This document shows positions 1 through 11,100 of a stretch of DNA of 64,000 bases, piece after piece (the stretch's first letter is position 1; each line of letters starts with the position of its first letter). Below the pieces are notes generated by a model. It was not told the DNA's origin and searched no databases. It saw only the letters and a program-made list of their open reading frames with translations. The stretch is taken from positions 1-64,000 of the IMG/VR virus record IMGVR_UViG_3300017950_000006. One strand, written 5' to 3'. Both the position numbers and the translations under genes were made by a program. The DNA is from a virus.

Positions 1-2496
1 GCAACCAACGGTGCAAGAATTGAATGGCTAAACAGTTTTGTTTACTTTGCTGATAAAGCAATCGTAGGTGAAAACGGTGCTAACGGATTAAAAGGTACAG
101 GTAGTACAAAAACTAAGTTAAGCGGACTAGTCGGTACTCCTGCTGTTGGAAATACATTTCAATATGTTGATTCTAATGGAGCAACTGTAAGTGCAACTGT
201 AAATGAAGTTGACGGAAATTACATCTATCTAAATGGAAATGTTTCAGGCATAGAAACAAAGTATCAGCGTACAGGAAAAACAATTTTAGCCAACGGTGAC
301 GCTCAACTCGATACAACGATTAAGAAATTTGGAACCGGAAGTTTAATGCTAGACGGTACTGGCGACAGTGCTTCTACTGCTAGTGATACAGATTTCGGCT
401 TTGGTACTGGACAATTTACTATCGAAGGTTGGTTCTATGCTAACATAGGCGGATTTACAGGAATACGAGGATTAGTTGACTTTAGAGCAGGTACAGGAAC
501 AGATACAGGCTTATATTTGTATACCGATAACGGAGTTACTAAAGTTTATTATAATGGCGCAGAAATATTATCAGACAGCGGGTCATTAGCAGTCGAAACA
601 TGGCACCATATTAGTGTAACACGTTCAGCAACGACAATCAATCTTTATGTTAACGGAACTAGAGTTGACAGTGATAATGCATTCGGTTCAGATTTAGGAA
701 GTACTAAGCCAATTGTTATTGGTGCAAGATATGATAGTTCAGCAGAAGAGTTTAGCGGTTATATAGATGATGTTAGAATTTCTTCTACTGCTAGATACAC
801 ATTAGGAAGTTATGTTTTACCATTAGGTGAAGTCGCAAACGATATTAATACTGTTTTACTTTTAAGATTTAACGGTGCAGACAGTTCAAATACATTTGAA
901 GATGAGACACAGGTAATACAAGAAATATCATTTAGTAGTGGTGCATATGCTACAGCAATTGAACTTGCAGACTTTTCAGACTTTGGTTGTGAAATTCGTT
1001 CAATTGGTAGTGCGTGTGTATATGGTAATTACGGAATATATGGCGACGGTAATGGTGTTGTTATGTATCTTATCTCACAAAACCTTGCTTACATTGGTAA
1101 CGGCAAAGAAGTAGATAACGATCCGACAACAGTAATACAAAGTCAAGAAGTTACAGAATTAAATAGTGCTCAAGTTTATTATAGTTCAGTAGATCACAAA
1201 GGTGATTTTAGAGTAGGAAATATTTTCCATGTTAATCAAGCAGATGGTACTGTAAACTTTACTAATGCAAACTTTAACATTGACACTTTACAAAGTGTAA
1301 GATTTAGTACAGGGTCGTCAACAACAATTATCAATGGAGATAACGTACAAACTGGTGATATTAGATTAAGTGGCAACACTGTTGAAAGTTTAAGTGGAGA
1401 TTTAAACTTAGATTCATCTAATGGTATTATTAACTTTGCTGACAATGTTAATATTACAGGTAATCTTGATGTAACTGGTGATGTTACTATTGGCGGAAAC
1501 ATTACACTTGGTGACGAATCAACTGATAGTATTGAAATTGTTGCAGGAATTTCAAGCAACTTAGTTCCAAGTCAAGATGGCGCATTTACATTAGGTACTA
1601 TTACAAACAGTTGGAAAGATTTATATGCTGGCGAAGCACAAATTGATGACATTAATATTAATACTAATGTTATTCAAACAACAAATACAAACCAAGATTT
1701 AGAATTACGTGCAAGCGGTACTGGTAGCATTACAATTGACGACTTAGCATTTAAAACAAATATTATTTCAGCAAATACTGATATTATTTTAGAACCAGGC
1801 AGTGAAAGAGTTGATATTAACTCAACTGGTAGTTTAACAATTCCAAGAGGAACAACAGCAGAACGTCCAGGTAGTGCAACAGTTGGTATGTTACGTTATA
1901 ACACTGATACCGATGTGTTTGAAGGATATGATGGACAATGGATTACACTAAATGGTGTAAGAGATGTGGACCAAGATACTTACATTTTAGCAGAAGCAAC
2001 TCCAGGCGCAGATGATGATACTTTATATTTTTATGCTGGTGGACAATTAGTAGCAGATGTAAATACTACTAGATTTAATGTTGCTAAACTAGCAGTTGAC
2101 GACATTGAAATTGAAGGAAATACTGTAAGAGCAGTTACAACTAACTCAGATCTTAATTTAAGAGCCAACGGAACAGGACGAGTTGTTGTAGAGAATTTTG
2201 GTTTCAATCAAAATTCGATAACTAATACTGTACCCGGCGCAATTACTACACTTGCCCAAACCGGACAAGGTTACTTTAAAATTGAAGGTACAGGCGGATT
2301 TGTTATTCCAGTAGGTGATTTGTCAAACAGACATCCAACACCAGAAACAGGAATGATGAGATTTAATACTGATGACGACAGGGTTGAGATTTATGATCCT
2401 ACTGGAATTTGGGTATCAGTAGCAGGTAGTTCGGGTGCTGTATCAGCACAAGATGCAGAAGAAATTGCAATTAAAATGGCAGTTACGATAGGATAA
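1..2496 (+). CDS. Tail-fibre/baseplate structural protein with LamG (concanavalin A-like) domain; 5'-truncated by the window edge
   Basis: Frame 1 is open from base 1 (ATNGARIEWLNSFVYFAD...) into the 346..2496 ORF. LamG motifs FTIEGWFY, WHHISVTRS, LYVNG, FSGYIDDVRIS; fibre motifs PRGTTAERP...GMLRYNTD and GMMRFNTD; C-terminus AIKMAVTIG. Confidence 0.75.
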   Translation, partial: ATNGARIEWLNSFVYFADKAIVGENGANGLKGTGSTKTKLSGLVGTPAVGNTFQYVDSNGATVSATVNEVDGNYIYLNGNVSGIETKYQRTGKTILANGDAQLDTTIKKFGTGSLMLDGTGDSASTASDTDFGFGTGQFTIEGWFYANIGGFTGIRGLVDFRAGTGTDTGLYLYTDNGVTKVYYNGAEILSDSGSLAVETWHHISVTRSATTINLYVNGTRVDSDNAFGSDLGSTKPIVIGARYDSSAEEFSGYIDDVRISSTARYTLGSYVLPLGEVANDINTVLLLRFNGADSSNTFEDETQVIQEISFSSGAYATAIELADFSDFGCEIRSIGSACVYGNYGIYGDGNGVVMYLISQNLAYIGNGKEVDNDPTTVIQSQEVTELNSAQVYYSSVDHKGDFRVGNIFHVNQADGTVNFTNANFNIDTLQSVRFSTGSSTTIINGDNVQTGDIRLSGNTVESLSGDLNLDSSNGIINFADNVNITGNLDVTGDVTIGGNITLGDESTDSIEIVAGISSNLVPSQDGAFTLGTITNSWKDLYAGEAQIDDININTNVIQTTNTNQDLELRASGTGSITIDDLAFKTNIISANTDIILEPGSERVDINSTGSLTIPRGTTAERPGSATVGMLRYNTDTDVFEGYDGQWITLNGVRDVDQDTYILAEATPGADDDTLYFYAGGQLVADVNTTRFNVAKLAVDDIEIEGNTVRAVTTNSDLNLRANGTGRVVVENFGFNQNSITNTVPGAITTLAQTGQGYFKIEGTGGFVIPVGDLSNRHPTPETGMMRFNTDDDRVEIYDPTGIWVSVAGSSGAVSAQDAEEIAIKMAVTIG

Positions 2497-2500
2497 TAAA

Positions 2501-2830
2501 ATGGCAACGTTTTTTAAAAATAAAGTAGAAAAAAGTATAGGAACAGTAAGAGTACCAGTTTACGAAGCACCACCAAGTGCAAGAGCAACTGTTATTGGAT
2601 TAAGTTTGGCAAACTTAACATCATCTGTTGTAAGTGCTAGTGTATTAATTGCTGACGATACATCTGTAGTAGGTTATTACTTGAAAGATGTATTAGTTCC
2701 ACCTAATTCAACATTAAAAGTTTTAAATGGTGGTGAAAAAATTATTTTAGGTTCAACAAACATATTATATGTTGAATCAGATATTAACGACAGTTTAGAC
2801 TGCGTAATGAGTTTTGTGGAGATAGTGTAA
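2501..2830 (+). CDS. Small beta-sandwich virion/tail-fibre connector protein; paralog of 16555..16872
   Basis: 109-aa ORF; VYEAP..RATVIGLSLAN...KIIL pattern shared with 16555..16872. Confidence 0.6.
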   Translation: MATFFKNKVEKSIGTVRVPVYEAPPSARATVIGLSLANLTSSVVSASVLIADDTSVVGYYLKDVLVPPNSTLKVLNGGEKIILGSTNILYVESDINDSLDCVMSFVEIV

Positions 2831-2831
2831 T

Positions 2832-3290
2832 ATGTCACAATGGTACACAGGTCAGAGTATTACAGAAACTATTGAAGATAATCTTGGAGAGAGATATTTT
2901 TATGGGTTACGTAGAACCGATGCCGGTGAATTATTTTTAGGAAAACTAGATCAATTAAGTTTGAATGATACTATTCAAATTAATAAAGAAGGTGATCCAG
3001 TAGACAACTATACAGACTTTGACGAAGGCGGAGAATTTTTTGAAGGTAGAGATTCTGCACATAACTTAACATATAAGAATTTAAATTACGAACAGTTCCG
3101 TTGGGACGATGCTAATTTATTTTATTATGTAAATGACGAAGGTGAACTAGTTGTAAGAATTAACCAAGGTCCAAATGAAGGTGCAATACAGTATGCCGGT
3201 GATGCAATTACTATTACAGATAGTGATAAAGAATGGGATAATACTAACCTTACAATGGACAATAACAATATTACATATGATCAAACATAG
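2832..3290 (+). CDS. Hypothetical structural protein; paralog of 4780..5148
   Basis: Shares RYFYGLRRT, EFFEGRD, YEQFRWDD and DEGxLVVRINQ blocks with 4780..5148. Confidence 0.65.
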   Translation: MSQWYTGQSITETIEDNLGERYFYGLRRTDAGELFLGKLDQLSLNDTIQINKEGDPVDNYTDFDEGGEFFEGRDSAHNLTYKNLNYEQFRWDDANLFYYVNDEGELVVRINQGPNEGAIQYAGDAITITDSDKEWDNTNLTMDNNNITYDQT

Positions 3291-3308
3291 GAGCGGTAGG
3301 AGCAAGAT

Positions 3309-4769
3309 ATGACAAAACAAGTAGTTAACGTAGGGGTTCTTCCAAATGATGGACAAGGTGACAATCTTAGAGCCGGCGCTACAAAAATTAATAATAACTT
3401 TACAGAGTTATACACAGCATTAGGCGATGGTGACCAATTAACGGTAGTTGTCAATAATGTTTTAAACTCTTTTCCTCCAACATCAGATGGTAGTAATAAG
3501 ATTACATTCTTGTTTGATGAATATTCCGATCTTCCTAATCCTACTACATATGACGGAATGTTAGCGAAGGTCACTGCTGATGCTTGTGTTTATTATGCTC
3601 ATGACAATTCTTGGAGAAAAGTACTTGACCAATCTTCAACACTAGACCAATTATCAGACATTGCTTCAGCAACACCAAGTGATGGCCAAGCATTAGTTTG
3701 GAACGCTTCTAATAATGAATGGGCTCCTGGCAATGTAGCAACTGAAGGTGGTTCTAGTGCATTTACAGCATTAACAGATACGCCCGGCGCATACACTGGC
3801 TCAAACGGAAGATTACTTAGAGTAAACAGTGCAGGTGACGGTTTAGAATTTAGTAGTGCAATTACATCGGCTGAAGTTGCAACAATTCCAGTTGGAGCAT
3901 TAAGTAACGTATCAAGTTCTGCTCCTGGAACAGGTGATGTACTTAAATGGGATGGTGCTCAGTGGGCTCCTGGCGCTGACATTGCATCAGGCGGTTCAGG
4001 TCTTGACGCTGACACACTTGACGGATTTGATAGTGCATACTTTTTAGATTATACGAACTTTACAAACACTCCAACATTATTTGGCGGTGCCTTTACAAAT
4101 TTAACAGATACTCCTAGTGCATTTACTGGCGCGGCAAACAGATTCGTTAAAGTTAATTCTGCAGGAGATGGATTAGAATTTGTTGTTGATCAGTCAACAG
4201 ATCAAAACTTATGGGAAACTATTGCGGCTGATACAGGTTCAACATCTGCTAGTACATTAACAGATACATTAACAATCGCTGGTGGAACTGATATTGCAAC
4301 TGAAATTACTGACGGCACTCTTACAATTAATTTTAATGGAGCGTTGGGCGCACAAGCACTTAATGAATTGTCAGACGTTAGTACAGCAAACGCAGTTATT
4401 GGCGCGGCAGTTGCATATAATGGAACAAGTTGGGCTCCACAAAACGGAGCAAGCATTACTTGGACAATTGGTGCTAATGGAACTTCAGATTATACATTTA
4501 CTGGACCAGGATTTCCAACAACAACTAATGATCCAGCACTATACTTAATGCGTGGAATGACATATTACTTTGTAAACAACAGTGGTGGTAGTCATCCATT
4601 TGAAATTAGAGTAGCAGATGGCGGTGTAGCATATAGTTCAGGAGTTGCAAATAATAATGCATCAACTGGAGTTATTACATTCACAGTACCAATGAATGCT
4701 CCAGCAACATTGTATTACCAATGTTCAGCGCATAGTAACATGGGGAATACAATTAATATTGTAAGTTAA
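3309..4769 (+). CDS. Baseplate/fibre protein with T4 gp9/gp10-like N-terminus and C-terminal cupredoxin-like domain
   Basis: N-terminus KQVVNVGVLPNDGQGDNLRAGATKINNNFTELY matches the gp9/gp10 N-terminal motif; internal LxxLSD/FxxLTDTP fibre repeats; C-terminal SHPF...LYYQCSAHSNM; GGAG RBS upstream. Confidence 0.7.
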   Translation: MTKQVVNVGVLPNDGQGDNLRAGATKINNNFTELYTALGDGDQLTVVVNNVLNSFPPTSDGSNKITFLFDEYSDLPNPTTYDGMLAKVTADACVYYAHDNSWRKVLDQSSTLDQLSDIASATPSDGQALVWNASNNEWAPGNVATEGGSSAFTALTDTPGAYTGSNGRLLRVNSAGDGLEFSSAITSAEVATIPVGALSNVSSSAPGTGDVLKWDGAQWAPGADIASGGSGLDADTLDGFDSAYFLDYTNFTNTPTLFGGAFTNLTDTPSAFTGAANRFVKVNSAGDGLEFVVDQSTDQNLWETIAADTGSTSASTLTDTLTIAGGTDIATEITDGTLTINFNGALGAQALNELSDVSTANAVIGAAVAYNGTSWAPQNGASITWTIGANGTSDYTFTGPGFPTTTNDPALYLMRGMTYYFVNNSGGSHPFEIRVADGGVAYSSGVANNNASTGVITFTVPMNAPATLYYQCSAHSNMGNTINIVS

Positions 4770-4779
4770 GGAATAGATT

Positions 4780-5148
4780 ATGGCAAGTTTTTATCAAGGT
4801 ACAGAAGTAGGAACACTATTAAAAACAGTAAAAGGAAGTAGATACTTTTACGGTTTACGTAGAACACAAGATGGCGATCTATACTTGGTAAAATCAGACC
4901 AAATGAAAAGCAGTGACGGCGTACAATTAAATAAACCAGGCGATCCAACAGAAAATTATCCAGATTTTCAAAGAGGAATTGAATTTTTTGAAGGACGAGA
5001 CGAAGAGCATAATACATCATATGACAACCTGCGCTATGAACAGTTTAGGTGGGATGATAGAAATTTAGTATATTATGTGGATGACGAAGGAAACTTAGTT
5101 GTTAGAATTAACCAAGAATACGATTTTCCAGATGGGGTATCTCCATAA
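4780..5148 (+). CDS. Hypothetical structural protein; paralog of 2832..3290
   Basis: See 2832..3290; AAGGA RBS upstream. Confidence 0.65.
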   Translation: MASFYQGTEVGTLLKTVKGSRYFYGLRRTQDGDLYLVKSDQMKSSDGVQLNKPGDPTENYPDFQRGIEFFEGRDEEHNTSYDNLRYEQFRWDDRNLVYYVDDEGNLVVRINQEYDFPDGVSP

Positions 5149-5152
5149 TGGT

Positions 5153-5158
5153 TAAATA
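5153..5158 (+). promoter_or_regulatory. TAAATA late-promoter-like motif
   Basis: Intergenic GTTAAATAC 25 nt upstream of the 5184 start; the same hexamer recurs before most structural genes (T4 late consensus TATAAATA). Confidence 0.6.
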
Positions 5159-5183
5159 CAAGTAATATTAGGAAAGAAAGCAA

Positions 5184-8100
5184 ATGGCTGAATTTAAAAT
5201 TGATAGAATCCGATTTAGATGGACCGGACCGTGGCAGACTAGTAAACAATATATTAAAGACGATATTGTAAGTTACGGTGGTAAAACATTTGTATGTTTA
5301 AATGGACATACATCGGATCCAGATTTTTATATTGATTACTTAAATCAAGAAATTCCCAAATGGACACAGATGACAGATGGTTATCAGTGGGTTCAAGATT
5401 GGGTTCCTAATAGGTATTACAAAGTTAATGACATTGTTAAGTACGGCGGCGAATTATATTCTTGTATTGTAGGACACGATTCAACTGAGTACGAAGCACC
5501 TGATACTATTACAACTATTAATGTTACAGTTGGTTACGACACAGGAAGATATACAACAACAGGATACGCAAAAAGTTCAACGGGCTCAATTTACTTAAAC
5601 AACTTTGAAAGAAACGTTATTACTTTCCAAAAAGGTAGTACATATACGTTTTCACAAACAGACACAACAAATGTCACGTTCGGTGGTCAAGAACACCCGC
5701 TTGCATTTAGTAAATATGAAGATGGTGCAAACCAAGATACTCCACTAGTTGATTATTACACAGATGGATTTACATTTTATTTAGACGGAACTGAAGTTAC
5801 CGACTCTACTTATGTTGCAAATTTTGCAGAAGCAAGTTCAAGAGAAATTCGTTGGACAGTTCCACAAAATGCTCCAGACAAGTTATATTACTTTGATAGA
5901 ACTGTAAACAGTTTAGACAAAGGTTCTTATATTAATGTACAAGAACCAGCAGTAATAGGCGCTAATGATTTTGGTAACTGGAGATTACAAGTTTCAGGAC
6001 ATAACTGGCGTTACGAATGGCAACCTCAAGTAATTTACAGAATTGGAGATGTTGTAAAATATAACGGTATTGTTTATCGTTGTACATTAGAGCATACATC
6101 ATCTACAACAATTTCAGGATTAGAACTTGACCAACCTAAATGGCAAACAGTAACTAGATCAGACGACTGGAAAGATATTTGGACACCGAGAACACGATAT
6201 AGAAAAGATGATATTGTTCGTTACGGTGGTATTGTTTATCGTTGCTTAACTGGACATCTTAGTTCAAACAATGACGGACTAGGACTCGAAGAAGATTCAT
6301 CTGAATGGGAAATTTTAATTAGTGGTATTGAGTACAAAGGACATTGGATTCCAAGTTCTGAATTAAGTATTGATAGTCTTACAGGTGGTATTGTAACAGT
6401 TCAAAGTCATATTTTCCAAACCGGTGATATGGTTGAATATTCAAGCGAAGGTACTGTAGCATCAGGATTAACTGACAATACATTTTACTACGTAAGATTA
6501 GTCGATGGCAATAATATAACTCTACACTTTAGAAAAAATGATGCTCTTGCAGACAGAAATCCTATTAATGTAGAAGGTGGTACTGGTAATCAAATTCTTA
6601 TTAAACATGAGAGATATAAGGTAGGCGATATTGTTCGATTTGGTCCAAGTATTTGGCGTTGTAACACAGGACACAATTCTTCTATAACATTTGCTGAAAG
6701 TTTCTTTGATATCTGGTTACCAGGATATGAATATGAGTTACAATGGAATGAACAAGAAGTTTATCAGCCAGGAGATATTGTTAAGTACGGCGGATATAGT
6801 TATACTTCATTAACTATTAATACTAACAGTGTTCCAAGTGTTAATGGTATTACACAAGATACTGGAGATTGGGAACTTACTACTCAAGGTTATAGAATGG
6901 GTGGTCAGTATAATCAAAATCCAGACGATCAGGAAATTGCTTCTTATTGGGATATTAATACCAACTATAGAACCGGCGATGTTGTAAGATTTGGTGGCTG
7001 GCTATATGTTGCATTAAGAGATAGCCAAGGTAGTGAACCTGATGATGAATTAACAACAGTCAATGTTGCTATTACAGTAGGTGATCCAGGAAGTGGAAAC
7101 AAATATTATGTTGACGGTGTAGAACAAGGTAATCTTACTTTAGTAGAAGGAAACACATACAAATTTGATCAAAGCGATAGTTCAAACTTAACACACCCGT
7201 TGTACCTAAGCACATCAGTTGATGGTTTCTGGGATGGAGGCCAATATAACTTCTTAGATAATGGTGTAACTTACTGGTTAGACGGTATTCAAGTTGCAGA
7301 TGCGACAGCATATGATTCAGGGTTTGCGGCGGCAACTGAGAGATATGTTCAATACATTGTACCAAGAGATGCATATAAAGAAAACTATCTAGTTTGTTAT
7401 AATCACTCTGGAATGTATAATGGTACATTAACTACAATTTATTCAAACAACTATTGGCAGACACTAATTGACGGAGATAGATTTAGAGGAAACTGGCAAG
7501 AAACTTTTTTAGTTAATGCGGCTCCAGTAGCAAATAATTATTTCTTAGGTGATATTGTTACATATAACGGAACACTATATCGTTGTATTAAAAGACACAC
7601 TGCATCGCAATCAGCATCAAGACCAGATCTTGATATAGAATACACACAAGAAAATTTCTGGCAAACAGTAATTGAAGGCGGAAATTCTAACGTTCTTCAA
7701 TACAGAGGTGATGTAAGAACATACACTTCTGAAGAAGCAAATTTAAATATTGGTAATCCAGGTGATGCAATCAAAGTTCTACCAAGTAAAGACACTACTT
7801 GGGAGTCATTAGAAGAATCAAAAAATGTATTTTATGTTTCACCAGACGGCCAAGATATATCAGGTGCTGGTACAGGATTGACAAAAACAAATCCATTTAA
7901 GTCAGTTAAATTTGCGTGTAATTATATTTTTGAAGATCAAGGATTAAGAACACCTGCAACAATTATAGTTGCTACAGGACGTTATGAAGAAATTTGTCCA
8001 ATCAGTGTTCCGGCAAATGTTGCTATTGTTGGCGATGAATTACGTTCAACTCATATATCACCGACACCAGAAACAAAAGATGAAGATATGTTCCGTGTAA

Positions 8101-11100
8101 GAAACGGCTGTGGTCTTAGAAATATGACACTATCAGGTCTCGAAGGTGAACTTACAGATCCAGATGAATTTTTATTTAAACGTGTATCTCCAGGAAACGC
8201 ATTCGTAGCACTTGATCCAGGTACAGGACCAGATGACGAGACTGTATGGATTACAACTAAATCGACATATGTACAAAACGTTTCAACGTTTGGTAAGCAG
8301 TGTGTTGGTATGAAGGTTGATGGAGATTTACACAACGGTGGTAACAAATCTATTGTTGCTAACGACTTTACACAAATTATTCAAGATGGTATTGGTTACT
8401 GGTGTAATGCAGATGGCTTATCAGAACTTGTATCAGTGTTTACGTATTACTGTTACATTGGTTACTTGTGTACAAACGGTGGTAAAGTACGTGCAACAAA
8501 CGGTAATAACTCTTATGGTGAATATGGTTCTGTTGCAATCGGATATAACTTTAATGAAACACCAATTACTGCTAAAGTAGACAACTATTCTAAAGAAGCA
8601 GAAGTAGGAAAAGTTTACAATGATGAAAATCAGTTATTTGCTGTAGGTTATACTAACACAGGTAATCATTATACTGGTGCTGAAGTATCCGTAACAGGTT
8701 CAGGTGAAGGTGCGTCTGGTAGAATTACAGAAATTAGAAACGGATCAGTTACTGAAATTAGAATTTTAGATCCAGGCGATTCTTCAAGAGCAGGCGGCTA
8801 TAATTATACCTATGCTAATAACAGAGCACAAGGCGGTGATGAAACTTATATTCAAATTGCTAACCAAGATGTTAACAATGAAGACTTTTATCGTAATAAA
8901 CAAATTACGATTGTTGAAGGTGAAGGCCGAGGACAGTATGCTTACATTGATACATACGATTGGCTAAATGGTGGTGTATTAAATGTGCAAGTAAACAGTG
9001 CGCCAGATGTATTATTATCTCCAGGAACTTATACTGATGTTAAAGGAACTAGTAGTAATACAGATGCAGTTGAACCAACATTTACAATTGATATTGACGG
9101 TTCTGGTGTAGCAACAGTAACAGCAATTACAGAATTAGGTCAAGGTAATAAAGGCGGAGATATTATTACAATTTTACCAACACTGATTGGTAACTCAGGA
9201 AGTAGTGTTATAGTTGAAATTTTAGCAGTAACACCAGGTAGTAAAGATGTTACAGTTAAACGACCAGTTGATAATCAGCCAGGATGGCAACATTATCTTC
9301 CAGGTCAACCAATTGCTACTGTACTTGACGAAACAACTAGATATGAGATTACTCCAAGATTAGTTTTTGATCTTCCACCGTATTCACAAAACAGTGCATC
9401 ACTTCCAGCAGGCGTAATTAAAGACACTTGTTCTAAATTAATAAGCGGTAACAATATTACTGTTATTGTAGGAACAAATTTAATTGCAAGAACAACTGAC
9501 GGAACTACATTTAATGATGCAACTTCGTATACTGATTTAAATTATGTTAGCGTAGCACAAACATTAAATGGCTTTATTGCTATCGATGGTAATGGTAGAA
9601 TTAAAATATCTGCAGATGGAAACAGTTGGGGAGATTCAACTGGTAATTTACTAAGTTATGGATTGACATTTACTAAAATAGCATACGGAACTGACTACGA
9701 TGGTAATAATATTAACATTGCTATTGCTGATTCAACTACAAACATTTATAAATCAGCAGATGGCGGAAATAACTGGACTCAAGTTAATGCTGGAGTAAGT
9801 AACGCAAAATGGATTGCTTATGGTAACGGTAAATGGATTGCTGTAAACGAATCCGGTGATACTTGGGAAAGTGTCGACAACGGAGATACATGGACATCGG
9901 GTACTAATATTGGCGATGTGCAACACGATGTTGCTGATTTCTGTTTTGGTAACGGACGTTTCCTTGCATCATGTTATGATTCACCAAATGATTTATCAAC
10001 AGTTAACAACAAATTCTTTTACAGTTTTACAGATAAAGTAACAGACGCAAGTTCTACAGTTTGGATTGCTGGCAACGAAACTGGGGTTGCAGATAATATC
10101 TTTATTAATTATTGTCAAGGTACATTCCTTGGAATTACAGAAAGCGGAAGTATTGTTCAATCAGATGACGGAGTATTTTGGACTGATAAAACAACTGCCG
10201 GCGGCACATACGTTGGTATGGGTTATGGTGTAACCGACGATGGTCCAATATTTTATCCATACACAGCAGATACCGTTTCATCAATTGAAACAATTAAAAC
10301 TGGTGCAACAGCAAGAGCAACTTGTAAGATTGATGGAAGTAGAATCACAGAGTTTTACATTCAAGAACCAGGAAGTGGATACGGTCAAAATCCTCCAACA
10401 TTATCAATAATTGATCCTGATGCAACTACTAATGTAAACTATGACGTTAGAATGAAAAACGGAACAGTTGGCCAAATTGAGTTTACAAATAGAGGAACAG
10501 GATACATTAATATTGGAGTTACAATTACTGGTGACGGTTATGCAGATTTGTATCAATTAGGAACAAGTTTAGTTGTTAAAAACTTAACACGTGAACCAGG
10601 ACCTGGTGATAACTTGTACATTGACGAAATTAATGATCAGTTTTATGCTGTTCAAGGTGTAAAAGATTTAACTGGTACAGAAGGTAATTTCGAAGCAACA
10701 TTAACTATTAGTCCAAGTTTAGATAGAGCAGAATCACCAGAACACGAAACTAATTTAACTATTAGACAACAATATTCACAGGTACGTCTAACAGGACACG
10801 ACTTCTTAGAAATTGGTAAAGGTAACTTATATACTTCGCAGTATCCATTGTTAACACCGATTGAAGGATATGATATACGAGAGTTCCAAGAAACTGATAA
10901 TGCAGGCGGTGGACGAGTATTCTATACTTCAACTGACCAAGATGGTAACTTTAGAGTTGGTGAATTGTTTAAAGTTGAGCAAGCAACAGGTATTGTTTCA
11001 TTAAATGCTTCATATTTTGAATTAGATGGTCTAAGCGAACTACGTTTAGGTGGTGTTACACTTGGTGGAACTAACGCAGTTATTAGAGAATTCAGTACAG

